Source: a virus. Taken from it: a DNA stretch of 64,000 bases. The first letter of the stretch is position 1. Each line of letters begins with the position of its first letter. The translations under genes were made by a program, and so were the position numbers. Below are positions 29,282 to 38,972 of the stretch, one piece after another. Under the pieces are notes generated by a model that did no database searches, was not told the DNA's origin, and saw only the letters and a program-made list of their open reading frames with translations. Location: the IMG/VR virus record IMGVR_UViG_3300044733_004754; one strand, given 5' to 3'.

Positions 29282-30426
29282 TGTCAAATAAAACATTCAA
29301 ATTATTTGCTCAAAAAATGGGTGGCAGACCTTCCGCCTCTTTTATCGGTAGAGCTGGTGAATTATTCTATGATCCAGAAATTGGATCTATCAAACTTTCT
29401 AACGGTACAACCTCAGGTGGTATAACCATCACGGAACCTGTTAGTGTTAACGTAGCAGATAATCAATGGTATGTTGATCCAAGTAGAACAGATATTGTAG
29501 CTGGTACTTCAACTGGAAGTGAAAACAATCCTTTCTTATCAATCACTGCTGCTTTGGCATATATTGAAGCAAGAATTGCTGATGGTAGTTTGACGATTGT
29601 TGTATCGGGAACAGTTGTTGATAACCCACAGTTTATTATTCTAAAAAGTTCAACTACAGAAGATGTTATATTAACTCGTGGTCATATTTTTATTGTTGGT
29701 GATACACCAGACGCAGGACACATACCGATATGGATTCACGGACACGTTATTATTACACCATCTGTTTCTGGAGCAACTGCTGTAAATGTTAATCACTTTG
29801 GTTTGTTTCACGTTGCTGTTCTTCCAACAGGTGCTTATCACGGCATTGAAATAGATGGTTCCAATGCTTGTAGAATTTATCTGGAAGATGCTTATGTGTA
29901 TCAAGGAAACAGTAGTAAGTCTTGTGTATATGCAAATAATACTGGCAATGATACACGTGTATCATTGCTTAATTGCTCTATGTCTAGAGCAAATGGTTCA
30001 ACTCATCTTATTGATATTCAGCGTGGATATTGTCAAATTGACAATCTTGAAACTAATGGAATTGGACAAGTATTGAACCTAGCAAACGATTCAACTGGAA
30101 CTATGTTGAATAGTTCCATTGATGCTGGTACGGGCGCTGTTATAACATTAAGTGGAACAGCACAATTTGGTATGGCTACTTGTATCCTTAATAATACTGG
30201 CGCTGCTGCTAACACTTATGGAGTTACAATGAGTGGAACTGCCAGTATGCAATTTGGCGTGGTTACATTTAATGTACCAAATGCACAGGCAACCAATCGT
30301 GCTATCAACGGTGTAGCAGGAAATGTGGTATTATATGCTAATCCAATATTCCGATATCTAACTTGCAGTAAGATATCAACAGCAATAACATTGATACCAT
30401 TAGACACCGCGTTTACCGCAGTATAA
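29281..30426 (+). CDS. beta-helix fibre/adhesin-like protein
   Basis: GRAGELFYD..IKLSNGTTSGG N domain, GSENNPFLSITAA, N/G/T-rich beta repeats. Confidence 0.65.
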   Translation: MSNKTFKLFAQKMGGRPSASFIGRAGELFYDPEIGSIKLSNGTTSGGITITEPVSVNVADNQWYVDPSRTDIVAGTSTGSENNPFLSITAALAYIEARIADGSLTIVVSGTVVDNPQFIILKSSTTEDVILTRGHIFIVGDTPDAGHIPIWIHGHVIITPSVSGATAVNVNHFGLFHVAVLPTGAYHGIEIDGSNACRIYLEDAYVYQGNSSKSCVYANNTGNDTRVSLLNCSMSRANGSTHLIDIQRGYCQIDNLETNGIGQVLNLANDSTGTMLNSSIDAGTGAVITLSGTAQFGMATCILNNTGAAANTYGVTMSGTASMQFGVVTFNVPNAQATNRAINGVAGNVVLYANPIFRYLTCSKISTAITLIPLDTAFTAV

Positions 30427-30429
30427 TAT

Positions 30430-30480
30430 GATCACCTTAAACATTACGAACACGCTCTTCGTGTTCTTGGAGGACATTAA
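30430..30480 (+). pseudogene. orphan remnant of endolysin 3' end
   Basis: DHLKHYEHALRVLGGH*, 12/16 aa identical to lysin C-terminus, no start. Confidence 0.8.
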
Positions 30481-30638
30481 TGAAGCAGGAAAAAGAAGCA
30501 CCTGTTCATGACGATATAAAGGAGCAGGTAGAAGTATCAAGTCCGTGGTTTAAGATGAAGATAGATGATATTAGCTGGAAAACTATTGTTATTGTAGGCA
30601 TGGTACTAGGGTCAATTGTTTACATTATCAAAGGTTAA
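30480..30638 (+). CDS. small membrane protein (52 aa)
   Basis: GGAGG RBS inside remnant; C-terminal TM; not in ORF track. Confidence 0.6.
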   Translation: MKQEKEAPVHDDIKEQVEVSSPWFKMKIDDISWKTIVIVGMVLGSIVYIIKG

Positions 30639-30639
30639 T

Positions 30640-30873
30640 ATGAAATATATACTTCTTTTAATAATACCTTTCATGGTTGCATGCCAGGAAAGGTATCGTT
30701 ATCCATGCCAGGACCCAAGCAATTGGGAAAACAAATTATGTCAAAAACCATATTGCAGTGCTAATGGCACGTGTCCTGAAGATTTGAGGCATTATGAAAA
30801 AGACAAATCTAAACAGAACGGCAATGGTAACAGCAATACAACAAACAATATATGCCCAGGGAGTTGTAAATGA
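30640..30873 (+). CDS. Cys-rich lipoprotein
   Basis: MVAC lipobox, YRYPCQDP.NW..CQKP.CSANGTCP. Confidence 0.7.
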   Translation: MKYILLLIIPFMVACQERYRYPCQDPSNWENKLCQKPYCSANGTCPEDLRHYEKDKSKQNGNGNSNTTNNICPGSCK

Positions 30874-31343
30874 TTAAAGATATATGGTCAGGTCCAAAGT
30901 ATTCAGAAAGTGAACTGAATGCACGCTTAAAATTCTTTATTGGTATAATTTTGGGTTTAACGTTGTTTGGTATTGTTTTCGTTGTGTTGTACAGCCTTAT
31001 TTTTGTGACGCAACCTATGAATGGTATGAGCCCTGTTGATAACAAGTTTTTTGAACTCATTATACCCGTTGCAACATTTCTGACTGGAACACTTTCAGGG
31101 ATCATGCTTGCTGGTAATGACAAAGATCTCCAAGCAAAAGCATTGGAAGCAGCAAATAAACCACCACCTCCCTCAGCACCTCCACCTGCAGTACCCTCTG
31201 TTCCTTCGATGTCCAGTATGATGTCAATGCCGGTCGCTCCTTCACGATTAGAGCCTGTTTTAGAGCTTAGCCAACCAGGACCTGTTACAACCGGATTCAA
31301 TGGAAAGCCAGCACCTCCTGCTGCTCCACAACCTCTTCTATAA
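30870..31343 (+). CDS. two-TM membrane protein, holin candidate
   Basis: Two TM helices, Pro-rich tail, in lysis cluster. Confidence 0.6.
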   Translation: MIKDIWSGPKYSESELNARLKFFIGIILGLTLFGIVFVVLYSLIFVTQPMNGMSPVDNKFFELIIPVATFLTGTLSGIMLAGNDKDLQAKALEAANKPPPPSAPPPAVPSVPSMSSMMSMPVAPSRLEPVLELSQPGPVTTGFNGKPAPPAAPQPLL

Positions 31344-31352
31344 GGATCTAAC

Positions 31353-31580
31353 ATGAAAATCTTTATAACAGCTGCTATTATAGGATTAATTCCTCTTCTA
31401 AGCTATCACAACATTTCGTTTGCCGACGACAAGAAAGTCGAGACAAAGAAAGTTTGTGTTGATAAAAGAGATGCAAAGGGCGATGTCATTAAAAAAGCTG
31501 ATGGCAAGCCCGTTCAAGAGTGTAAGGAGATGAAGGTTCATAAAAAATTAGAAGGAACGGAAGTTCCTCCAAAGAAATAA
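31353..31580 (+). CDS. small secreted protein
   Basis: Signal peptide, two Cys, K-rich. Confidence 0.7.
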   Translation: MKIFITAAIIGLIPLLSYHNISFADDKKVETKKVCVDKRDAKGDVIKKADGKPVQECKEMKVHKKLEGTEVPPKK

Positions 31581-31825
31581 TGGATCTTGCGGCCATGGAA
31601 CTATTTGATACCACCTCAAGGATCGCTGTTTTGGAAAATGAAATTAAAAATATTAGTTCTGAGATAAAAGAGTTTAGAATGGATTCAAAAGAACAGCATA
31701 AAAATATGATGGACAAGATCGACGATATCGATAAACGGCTTACAGCCATTGAAAGATGGAGATGGATGGTCGTTGGTGGAGCTATTGTCCTCGGATATTT
31801 GGTATCTCATTTCCTCAAAACATAA
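31580..31825 (+). CDS. coiled-coil protein with C-terminal TM (XhlA-like architecture)
   Basis: RIAVLE...RLTAIERWRWMVVGG. Confidence 0.65.
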   Translation: MDLAAMELFDTTSRIAVLENEIKNISSEIKEFRMDSKEQHKNMMDKIDDIDKRLTAIERWRWMVVGGAIVLGYLVSHFLKT

Positions 31826-31828
31826 CCG

Positions 31829-31880
31829 TTGACTTCTTAGAATAAACCTCCTACAGTCGATTTGCTGACTTAGGAGGTTT
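31829..31880 (+). promoter_or_regulatory. sigma70 promoter embedded in an RBS-occluding inverted repeat
   Basis: TTGACT-17-TACAGT; AAACCTCCTA (31844-53) complementary to TAGGAGGTTT (31871-80). Confidence 0.75.
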
Positions 31881-31881
31881 T

Positions 31882-32910
31882 ATGCAATGGATTGATGTGA
31901 AATATATTGGTGCGCTAGCACCAAGGCTCTCAATGTTTACACGGAAGCACGAGACACTGTGGAATATGAGATGTCCAATATGTGGTGACTCACGCAAGAG
32001 TAAAACAAAGGCGCGTGGATATATTTTAGGCCGTGATGGCAAATTTATCTACACGTGCCATAATTGTAATGTTACTATGCCTTTCTCAAAGTTTTTGGAA
32101 CAAGTAGACCCAAATGCTTATAATGACTACCGGCGTGAAACCTTCCTAGAACGAAAAGGAAGTACAGAAAGGATAGTTGAGCCAGAGCCCGATATATCCA
32201 GGTTTATTACGCCGAAATTCATTAAATTTACAGCGCTGTCGGGATTAAAGAAGATCTCGCAGTTGCCTGTTGAACATCCAGCAAAGCGTTATGTTGTAGG
32301 TAGGAAGATCCCTCCCCACATGCACTCGAAGTTGTTCTATGCTCCTAAGTTTAAAGCATGGACAAATACTATTATTCCTAACAAATTCGATCTTTCAAAT
32401 AAAGATGAGCCACGTTTAATTATTCCTTTTGTGGATCAGAATGGAAATCTGTTCGGCTATCAAGGACGGGCATTCTTTGATGTAGAGCTTAGATACATAA
32501 CAATAATGCTTGATGAAGAGAAACCAAAAGTATATGGATTGGAGAGACTTGATGTACGAAAGAAAGTATTTGTTGTTGAAGGGCCGATTGATTCTATGTT
32601 CCTTTCTAATTGTATTGCCATGGGTAGCTCTCACTTGGATAGAGCGTCTCAGCGGCTAGGAATCACACCTAGTAATACGGTTGTTGTTTATGATAATGAA
32701 CCACGTAATAAAAATATTGTTAGCGCTATTGAAAAGTGTATCAATGCAGGTTATAATGTGTGTATATGGCCAGACACCGTCACGCATAAAGACATCAACG
32801 AAATGATTTGTGGTGGGTTATCGTCGTCAGATATTCACAATATTATAGAAAACAATACATTTAAAGATTTAACAGCAAGATTGAGGTTATCGCAATGGAA
32901 AAAAATATGA
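31882..32910 (+). CDS. gp61: DNA primase
   Basis: RCPICGDS, CHNC, YQGR, VEGPIDS, YDNEPRN, KDINEM. Confidence 0.96.
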   Translation: MQWIDVKYIGALAPRLSMFTRKHETLWNMRCPICGDSRKSKTKARGYILGRDGKFIYTCHNCNVTMPFSKFLEQVDPNAYNDYRRETFLERKGSTERIVEPEPDISRFITPKFIKFTALSGLKKISQLPVEHPAKRYVVGRKIPPHMHSKLFYAPKFKAWTNTIIPNKFDLSNKDEPRLIIPFVDQNGNLFGYQGRAFFDVELRYITIMLDEEKPKVYGLERLDVRKKVFVVEGPIDSMFLSNCIAMGSSHLDRASQRLGITPSNTVVVYDNEPRNKNIVSAIEKCINAGYNVCIWPDTVTHKDINEMICGGLSSSDIHNIIENNTFKDLTARLRLSQWKKI

Positions 32911-33104
32911 AGACGTTACTGAGTACTTACTATGGTGACGGAAATGGCAGGGCAGCGCGTTTGTATGCTGTAAGACAGATGAATGAGACGTTTGAGATCG
33001 AGTTTATGGAAAACGATAAAATTGTTAGTTCAGTACCCATCCCATATAGTGAAAGGTTTGCTGAAGATGCATGTGAAAATTGGGTGGAAGGTATCATTAA
33101 ATGA
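32907..33104 (+). CDS. hypothetical protein
   Basis: SERFAEDACENWV; ATGA overlaps. Confidence 0.65.
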   Translation: MKTLLSTYYGDGNGRAARLYAVRQMNETFEIEFMENDKIVSSVPIPYSERFAEDACENWVEGIIK

Positions 33105-33787
33105 ACGTTAAGTTAATTAGTTATCAAAAGCCTAGTAAAGAACTTGTTTCGGAGGGTTTGTATGACGTACAAGAGCTCGTTGCCTATTGCGCACGTGTCA
33201 GCAATCCGTCAAACCAGCATAACACGGAAACTTCCGCAAAGCTCATCAAATACCTCATTAAACACCAACACTGGTCACCACTTGAAATGGTCTCAGCCTG
33301 TCTTGAAATCACAACCACCCGAGACATTGCCCGCCAAATCCTCCGTCACAGAAGTTTCAGTTTCCAGGAGTTCTCCCAGCGTTACGCAGACCCCACACGC
33401 GAAATGGATTTCGTACTACGAGACTGCCGTCTTCAGGACAACAACAATCGACAAAATAGTGTAGATATTAATCCACGCGAAAACGATCAGCATCGACAGC
33501 TGCTCTATCAATGGCAGCAAATGCAACAACGCGTTTTAACCGAAGCAAAAATGGCCTATGAATGGGCTGTAAGCAAGGGTATTGCAAAGGAAGTTGCACG
33601 CGCTGTATTGCCGGAAGGACTCACTCTCTCGCGTCTTTATATGAACGGAACCCTGCGTTCATGGATACACTATATACAGCTCCGATCTGCCAACGGAACT
33701 CAAAAAGAGCATATGGAAATAGCAAAAGCATGTGCTGTAGTTATTGCTGAAGTATTTCCTCTGACATCACAAGTCGTTTCTGAATAA
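33101..33787 (+). CDS. thyX: flavin-dependent thymidylate synthase
   Basis: HWSPLE, RHRSFSFQEFSQRY, TQKEH. Confidence 0.97.
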   Translation: MNVKLISYQKPSKELVSEGLYDVQELVAYCARVSNPSNQHNTETSAKLIKYLIKHQHWSPLEMVSACLEITTTRDIARQILRHRSFSFQEFSQRYADPTREMDFVLRDCRLQDNNNRQNSVDINPRENDQHRQLLYQWQQMQQRVLTEAKMAYEWAVSKGIAKEVARAVLPEGLTLSRLYMNGTLRSWIHYIQLRSANGTQKEHMEIAKACAVVIAEVFPLTSQVVSE

Positions 33788-33806
33788 TAATAAATTGGAG
33801 CTTTGT

Positions 33807-35621
33807 ATGAAGGATACCTTTCTTGGTATTGAGGTAGATTATTCGCGTGATGGTCTTTTTGATGAACTTGGCATCAAACGTCTTCGTGAATCGTATATGA
33901 AAGATGATGAAACAAGTCCTCAGCATAGATTTGCATTCGTGTCAAAACAATTCGGCAGTAACCCAGAGCATGCGCAGCGTCTTTACGAATATTCTAGTAA
34001 ACATTGGCTTTCCTACTCTACTCCCATTCTGTCTTTTGGGCGTAGTGCTAGGGGATTGCCTATTTCATGTTTTCTACCATACCTACACGATAGTGCAGAG
34101 GGTTTGGTGGATTGTCTGTCGGAAGTGAACTGGTTATCAATGCTTGGAGGAGGTATTGGAATTGGAGTTGGAATACGTTCTGCTGATGATAAGTCTACTG
34201 GTATTATGCCTCACCTACGCACTTATGACGCATCCTCGCTTGCATATCGTCAGGGTCGTACTCGTCGTGGCAGTTATGCTGCATATCTTGACATTTCCCA
34301 CCCTGATGTTCATCTCTTCCTTGAGATGCGTAAACCCACAGGCGATCCTAATATGCGTGCCCTGAATCTGCATCATGGAATTAATATTACAAATGATTTT
34401 ATGCAGATTATTGAAAAGTCTATGAAAGACCCTAACGCAGATGACAGTTGGGAGCTTCGCGATCCTCATAACAAAGAGGTGCGAGAAGTTGTATCAGCGA
34501 AGGAATTGTGGCAAAAGATCCTTGATTTGAGGATGCACACAGGTGAGCCTTACTTGCACTTTATTGACACCAGTAATAATGCTATGCCTAGCTTTCAAAA
34601 GGAGAAAGGCCTTTCTATCAGGCAATCGAACCTTTGTAGTGAAATTGTTCTACCTACAGATCGAAACCGGACCGCTGTGTGCTGTCTGTCGTCTGTTAAC
34701 TTGGAGTATTACGATGATTGGAAAAATGACAGACATTTTCTTCGGGACGTGGCCGAGATGCTTGATAACGTTCTACAGCATTTCATTGATAATGCTCCTG
34801 ATAGCATATCACGAGCAAAATATTCTGCTAGCATGGAACGGTCTATTGGTGTTGGTGCCCTCGGTTTTCATGCATATCTACAAAAAGAGGGCGTTGCGTT
34901 CGAAGGTGTCGTAGCAAAGATTATCAATAACAAGATCTTTAAACACATCAGCAGTGGGCTTGATACAGCCAACCTTGAATTAGGTAAAGAACGAGGGGAA
35001 GCCCCTGATACAAAAGGAACTGGCCGCAGGTTCTCACATACCATGGCTATTGCTCCTAATGCTAGCTCCAGCATTATTATGGGCAACACAAGTCCTTCCA
35101 TTGAACCGTATCGTGCTAATGCTTATCGTCAAGACACCCTTTCCGGTGCTCATTTAAATAAAAACAAATGGTTGGATCGTGTTATTCAGAAACACCTTCA
35201 GTATGGAGACGAAAACGCATCAATCAGTACCGATGAATATGATGAAATCTGGTCAAGTATTATCGCTAACGATGGATCTGTTCAGCACCTTGATTTTCTT
35301 GATGAGCAGACGAAAGATGTATTTAAGACGTCGATGGAAATTGATCAACGTTGGATTATTGAACATGCTGCTGATCGTCAAAAGTATATCGATCAGGCGC
35401 AGTCGCTGAACGTATTTTTCCGTCCAGACAGTGACATTAAGTACATTCATGCGGTTCACTTCCTTGCATGGAAGTTGGGCCTTAAAACACTGTATTACTG
35501 CCGTAGTGAGAAACTAGCCAAGGCAGATAAAGTATCAAAGAGGATCGAACGTCAAGTAATCCAAGAAATCGATCTCAAAGCTGTTGCTGATGGCGACGTA
35601 TGCCTTGCATGTGAGGGATAA
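33807..35621 (+). CDS. nrdA: ribonucleotide reductase class I alpha subunit
   Basis: PISCF, SNLCSEI, VCCLSS, APNASSS, TLYY, CLACEG. Confidence 0.96.
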   Translation: MKDTFLGIEVDYSRDGLFDELGIKRLRESYMKDDETSPQHRFAFVSKQFGSNPEHAQRLYEYSSKHWLSYSTPILSFGRSARGLPISCFLPYLHDSAEGLVDCLSEVNWLSMLGGGIGIGVGIRSADDKSTGIMPHLRTYDASSLAYRQGRTRRGSYAAYLDISHPDVHLFLEMRKPTGDPNMRALNLHHGINITNDFMQIIEKSMKDPNADDSWELRDPHNKEVREVVSAKELWQKILDLRMHTGEPYLHFIDTSNNAMPSFQKEKGLSIRQSNLCSEIVLPTDRNRTAVCCLSSVNLEYYDDWKNDRHFLRDVAEMLDNVLQHFIDNAPDSISRAKYSASMERSIGVGALGFHAYLQKEGVAFEGVVAKIINNKIFKHISSGLDTANLELGKERGEAPDTKGTGRRFSHTMAIAPNASSSIIMGNTSPSIEPYRANAYRQDTLSGAHLNKNKWLDRVIQKHLQYGDENASISTDEYDEIWSSIIANDGSVQHLDFLDEQTKDVFKTSMEIDQRWIIEHAADRQKYIDQAQSLNVFFRPDSDIKYIHAVHFLAWKLGLKTLYYCRSEKLAKADKVSKRIERQVIQEIDLKAVADGDVCLACEG

Positions 35622-35870
35622 ATGAAAAGAATTCTAAAGTTTGAAGCACCTTGGTGCACCAAATGTAAGCAGATGGATAAAGTCATGGAGGGTATGCACA
35701 TACCTTTCCATGTCGAAAAAATCGATGTAGAAGATAACATTGAATCAACCATATTTTATGGTATCAAAGGTATTCCACATATGATTATTCTTGATGAAAA
35801 CAATAACATCCTTCAAAGAATTAGCGGTACATTTACTCAACAACAATTAGAAGAGGCATTACAACAATGA
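35622..35870 (+). CDS. thioredoxin-like protein
   Basis: WCTKC, GIP. Confidence 0.85.
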   Translation: MKRILKFEAPWCTKCKQMDKVMEGMHIPFHVEKIDVEDNIESTIFYGIKGIPHMIILDENNNILQRISGTFTQQQLEEALQQ

Positions 35871-36295
35871 AGAAATTACTAGCCCTTATTTTACTTGTTC
35901 CTTGTTTAGCTTTCGCTCAAAACAAAACAGGTGTTACATATGATGTTGTGTTGACACGCGTCATTGATGGAGATACTGTTGCTTTTCAAGCAAATTGGCT
36001 TCCCGATCCATTGAAGAAAGAGTTGTCTATTCGTGTGTATGGTGTTGATACACCAGAGAAGTCTTTTCGTGCAAAATGTGAATCAGAAGCTAAACGTGGA
36101 GAAGCAGCAACACAATTCACCAAGGACCTTATCAATAAAAGTACAAAACGTCAAATTATCCTTATGGATTGGGACAAATACGGCGGTCGTGTACTTGGTG
36201 ATATCGTTTTAGATGGTAGGAGTCTTCGTCAGCAACTGATTGCAAATGGTTTTGCAAGAGAGTATTTTGGTGAAGCAAAGATAAGCTGGTGTTAA
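35867..36295 (+). CDS. thermonuclease (SNase-like), secreted
   Basis: Signal peptide, VIDGDT, RVYGVDTPE, DKYGGRVLG. Confidence 0.9.
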   Translation: MKKLLALILLVPCLAFAQNKTGVTYDVVLTRVIDGDTVAFQANWLPDPLKKELSIRVYGVDTPEKSFRAKCESEAKRGEAATQFTKDLINKSTKRQIILMDWDKYGGRVLGDIVLDGRSLRQQLIANGFAREYFGEAKISWC

Positions 36296-36943
36296 ATGAT
36301 TGGTCCTATTGATTCATGGCAGAAGTTTGACGTATTTGATCCGGATCTTATCGAAAGACTCCAGCAATACTATGACTCTATAGGTGTTTATAGAACACCG
36401 GTTATGAAGAAAGCAGATCCAGGCAAGGCTCTTCAATGGGTCGAGCCTATTCTGCGGAAATATTATCCAATCAAAAAGTTTCTTGGTGGGAATTTCTATA
36501 AGCATGAAGTTCCATACCACCCACACGTTGATCATTTACCTGAATGGCCTCTTGCTGTTAATTTTGTTATTCCCATTTATATTGAAGGTACTGGTGTTGA
36601 TATGATTGTATTTGATCAACGATGGCATATGAAACCTATAACATGGTCTATGGTTCAAAAAGTGAACGAATTTTTTCGTAATGGATTCTCTGTTACCATG
36701 CCTGAGCAGGGTATACCTGGGACACAGGAGATCGAAGGACACACAGGAAAAGATATTGACCGCGCATTTTGGGAGCGACACCTTGATCATGCACACGCTT
36801 ATTACTATGGTTTATCGGGTAAAGCGTTCCCTTATGTGCCGGGAAGTCTTATAATGTTTGAGACAAAGCATATACATTGTACAGGTAAATTCAAAGGCCT
36901 CAAGCTAGGTCTAACATTAAGATATTCAGTCGAGGAAGTATGA
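36296..36943 (+). CDS. 2OG-Fe(II) oxygenase-like protein
   Basis: HVD, NFVIP, GSLIMF...IHC. Confidence 0.65.
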   Translation: MIGPIDSWQKFDVFDPDLIERLQQYYDSIGVYRTPVMKKADPGKALQWVEPILRKYYPIKKFLGGNFYKHEVPYHPHVDHLPEWPLAVNFVIPIYIEGTGVDMIVFDQRWHMKPITWSMVQKVNEFFRNGFSVTMPEQGIPGTQEIEGHTGKDIDRAFWERHLDHAHAYYYGLSGKAFPYVPGSLIMFETKHIHCTGKFKGLKLGLTLRYSVEEV

Positions 36944-37929
36944 ACGCTACTAAAAGAAAATTAAAACTAACAGATGAAAGAAGTTCATTCAAACCATTTA
37001 ACTACCCTTGGGCATATGATGCATGGTTGAAACATGAACAGAGTCACTGGCTACACACCGAAGTTCCAATGATTGAGGATGTGAAAGATTGGAAGAACAA
37101 ACTAACAGTATCCGAAAAGAAGTTCTTAACAAATATCTTCCGGTTCTTTACGCAGGGAGATGTGGACGTTGCGGGCGGATACGTCAAGAACTACTTACCG
37201 TACTTTCCGCAGCCGGAGGTGCGAATGATGTTGAGTGGTTTTGCTGCAAGGGAAGCACTTCATGTAGCTGCTTACAGTCACTTGATCGAGACCTTAGGAA
37301 TGCCGGAGTCAACGTACAACGAGTTCCTAGAGTACGAAGAGATGAGAGCGAAGCACGACTACTTCTTATCGATTGCAGGCCAGGATCAGCAGACAATTGC
37401 ACAGCAGATTGCGGCATTCAGCGCGTTTACAGAGGGAATGCAGCTTTTTTCGAGCTTCATCATGCTCCTAAACTTTCCACGTCATGGGAAGATGAAAGGG
37501 ATGGGTCAAATTGTGACATGGAGTATTGTAGATGAAACAATGCATGCAGAGTCTATGATAAAGTTGTTCCGTACATTCATCGAAGAAAACAGGGACATTT
37601 GGAATGATGAGCTTAAAGGACAAATCTATACAATTGCTGGAAAAATGGTTGAGCTCGAAGATCGGTTTATCGATTTATCATTTAGTATGGGTAGTATGGA
37701 TAATCTGGACGCTGACGACGTTAAACGTTATATCCGCTATATTACTGATCGTCGCCTTATCAGTCTTGGTCTCAAAGGTATTATGAAGGTAAAGAAGAAC
37801 CCTTTGCCTTGGGTCGAAGAAATGATTAATGCTCCAACACATACAAACTTTTTTGAAAACCGTGCTACCGACTATGCGAAGGGCGCGGTAACTGGTTCGT
37901 GGGATGAGGTTTGGGCCAAAGCGGCCTAA
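36940..37929 (+). CDS. nrdB: ribonucleotide reductase beta subunit
   Basis: FFTQGD, EALH..AY, EGMQLFSSF, DETMH, NFFE. Confidence 0.97.
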   Translation: MNATKRKLKLTDERSSFKPFNYPWAYDAWLKHEQSHWLHTEVPMIEDVKDWKNKLTVSEKKFLTNIFRFFTQGDVDVAGGYVKNYLPYFPQPEVRMMLSGFAAREALHVAAYSHLIETLGMPESTYNEFLEYEEMRAKHDYFLSIAGQDQQTIAQQIAAFSAFTEGMQLFSSFIMLLNFPRHGKMKGMGQIVTWSIVDETMHAESMIKLFRTFIEENRDIWNDELKGQIYTIAGKMVELEDRFIDLSFSMGSMDNLDADDVKRYIRYITDRRLISLGLKGIMKVKKNPLPWVEEMINAPTHTNFFENRATDYAKGAVTGSWDEVWAKAA

Positions 37930-37951
37930 TTTTAATTTAATTTGTGAGGAA

Positions 37952-38962
37952 ATGATGAGAAATTTTATTGGTGTATTTTTAATGCTTTTATCTGGTTATG
38001 TTAGTGCTCAAAACATTATTACAGGAGCAGGAGCAACGTTCCCATATCCAATCTATGCAAAATGGGCGGAAGCGTACAAGAAAGAATCTGGTGTCGGATT
38101 GAACTATCAAAGTATTGGTAGTTCGGGCGGTATCCGACAAATTAACTCGGGTACGGTTACGTTTGGTGCCTCAGACGCTCCTGTAAAAGGGGATGAGTTA
38201 GAAAAAAGAGGACAGGTGCAGTTCCCTGCAATTATTGGAGGGACTGTACCAATTGTAAACTTAGATGGGTTTGCACCTGGTGAACTACGGATTACAGGTC
38301 CTGTTCTTGCACGGGTTTTTATGGGTACGATCACTCGTTGGAACGACCCTCAACTCCGTGAGTTAAATCCTGGAAAAAATCTTCCTAACTCTGCTATTAC
38401 AGTAGTTCACCGAGCAGATGGATCTGGTACAACATTCAACTTCACTGATTATTTGACAGTTGTTAGTAAGGAGTGGGAAGAAAAAGTTGGAAGAGGTGCA
38501 GCAGTAAAGTGGCCAGCTGCTAGTTCAGTCGGCGGTAAAGGCAATGAAGGTGTAGCTGCTAATGTTGGTAGAATTAAAGGATCAATCGGTTATGTTGAAT
38601 ATGCTTATGTTAAAAAGAATAACATGACATATCTCAAATTACAAAATAAAGATGGAGCATTTGTCGATCCAGATGATACATCATTTGCTGCTGCAGCAGA
38701 GGGGGCGGACTGGTTTAGCATACCGGGAATGGGTCTCAGTATTGTTGAACAGCCTGGTAAGATTACTTGGCCTATCAGTACTGCTAGCTTCATTATCATG
38801 TACAAAGAGCCAAAGGATAAAAAAGCAAGTGATGATGTGTTGAAGTTTTTTGACTGGGCGTTTAAAAATGGTGCCAAAATGAGTGAAGAACTAGACTATG
38901 TGCACTTGCCTGTATCTCTTCAAAACGAAATTAGGAAACGTGTTTGGTCTCAAATTAAGTGA
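37952..38962 (+). CDS. pstS: phosphate ABC transporter substrate-binding protein
   Basis: GAGATFP, YQSIGSSGG, FGASD, RADGSGTT, GYVE. Confidence 0.96.
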   Translation: MMRNFIGVFLMLLSGYVSAQNIITGAGATFPYPIYAKWAEAYKKESGVGLNYQSIGSSGGIRQINSGTVTFGASDAPVKGDELEKRGQVQFPAIIGGTVPIVNLDGFAPGELRITGPVLARVFMGTITRWNDPQLRELNPGKNLPNSAITVVHRADGSGTTFNFTDYLTVVSKEWEEKVGRGAAVKWPAASSVGGKGNEGVAANVGRIKGSIGYVEYAYVKKNNMTYLKLQNKDGAFVDPDDTSFAAAAEGADWFSIPGMGLSIVEQPGKITWPISTASFIIMYKEPKDKKASDDVLKFFDWAFKNGAKMSEELDYVHLPVSLQNEIRKRVWSQIK

Positions 38963-38972
38963 AGGATGCGAC

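Noticed and set aside
37089-37535. 148-aa alternative-frame ORF and GC-richer patch in nrdB (similar patch in thyX)
   Set aside because: No motif or RBS; local codon bias or mosaic recombination suffices.
10168-37929. Introns or inteins in gp43, gp41, thyX, nrdA, nrdB
   Set aside because: All frames are continuous with ordinary lengths and no splice motifs.
37921-37951. Pho box upstream of pstS
   Set aside because: Only AT-rich TAATTT repeats; no CTGTCAT-like 11-bp tandem.
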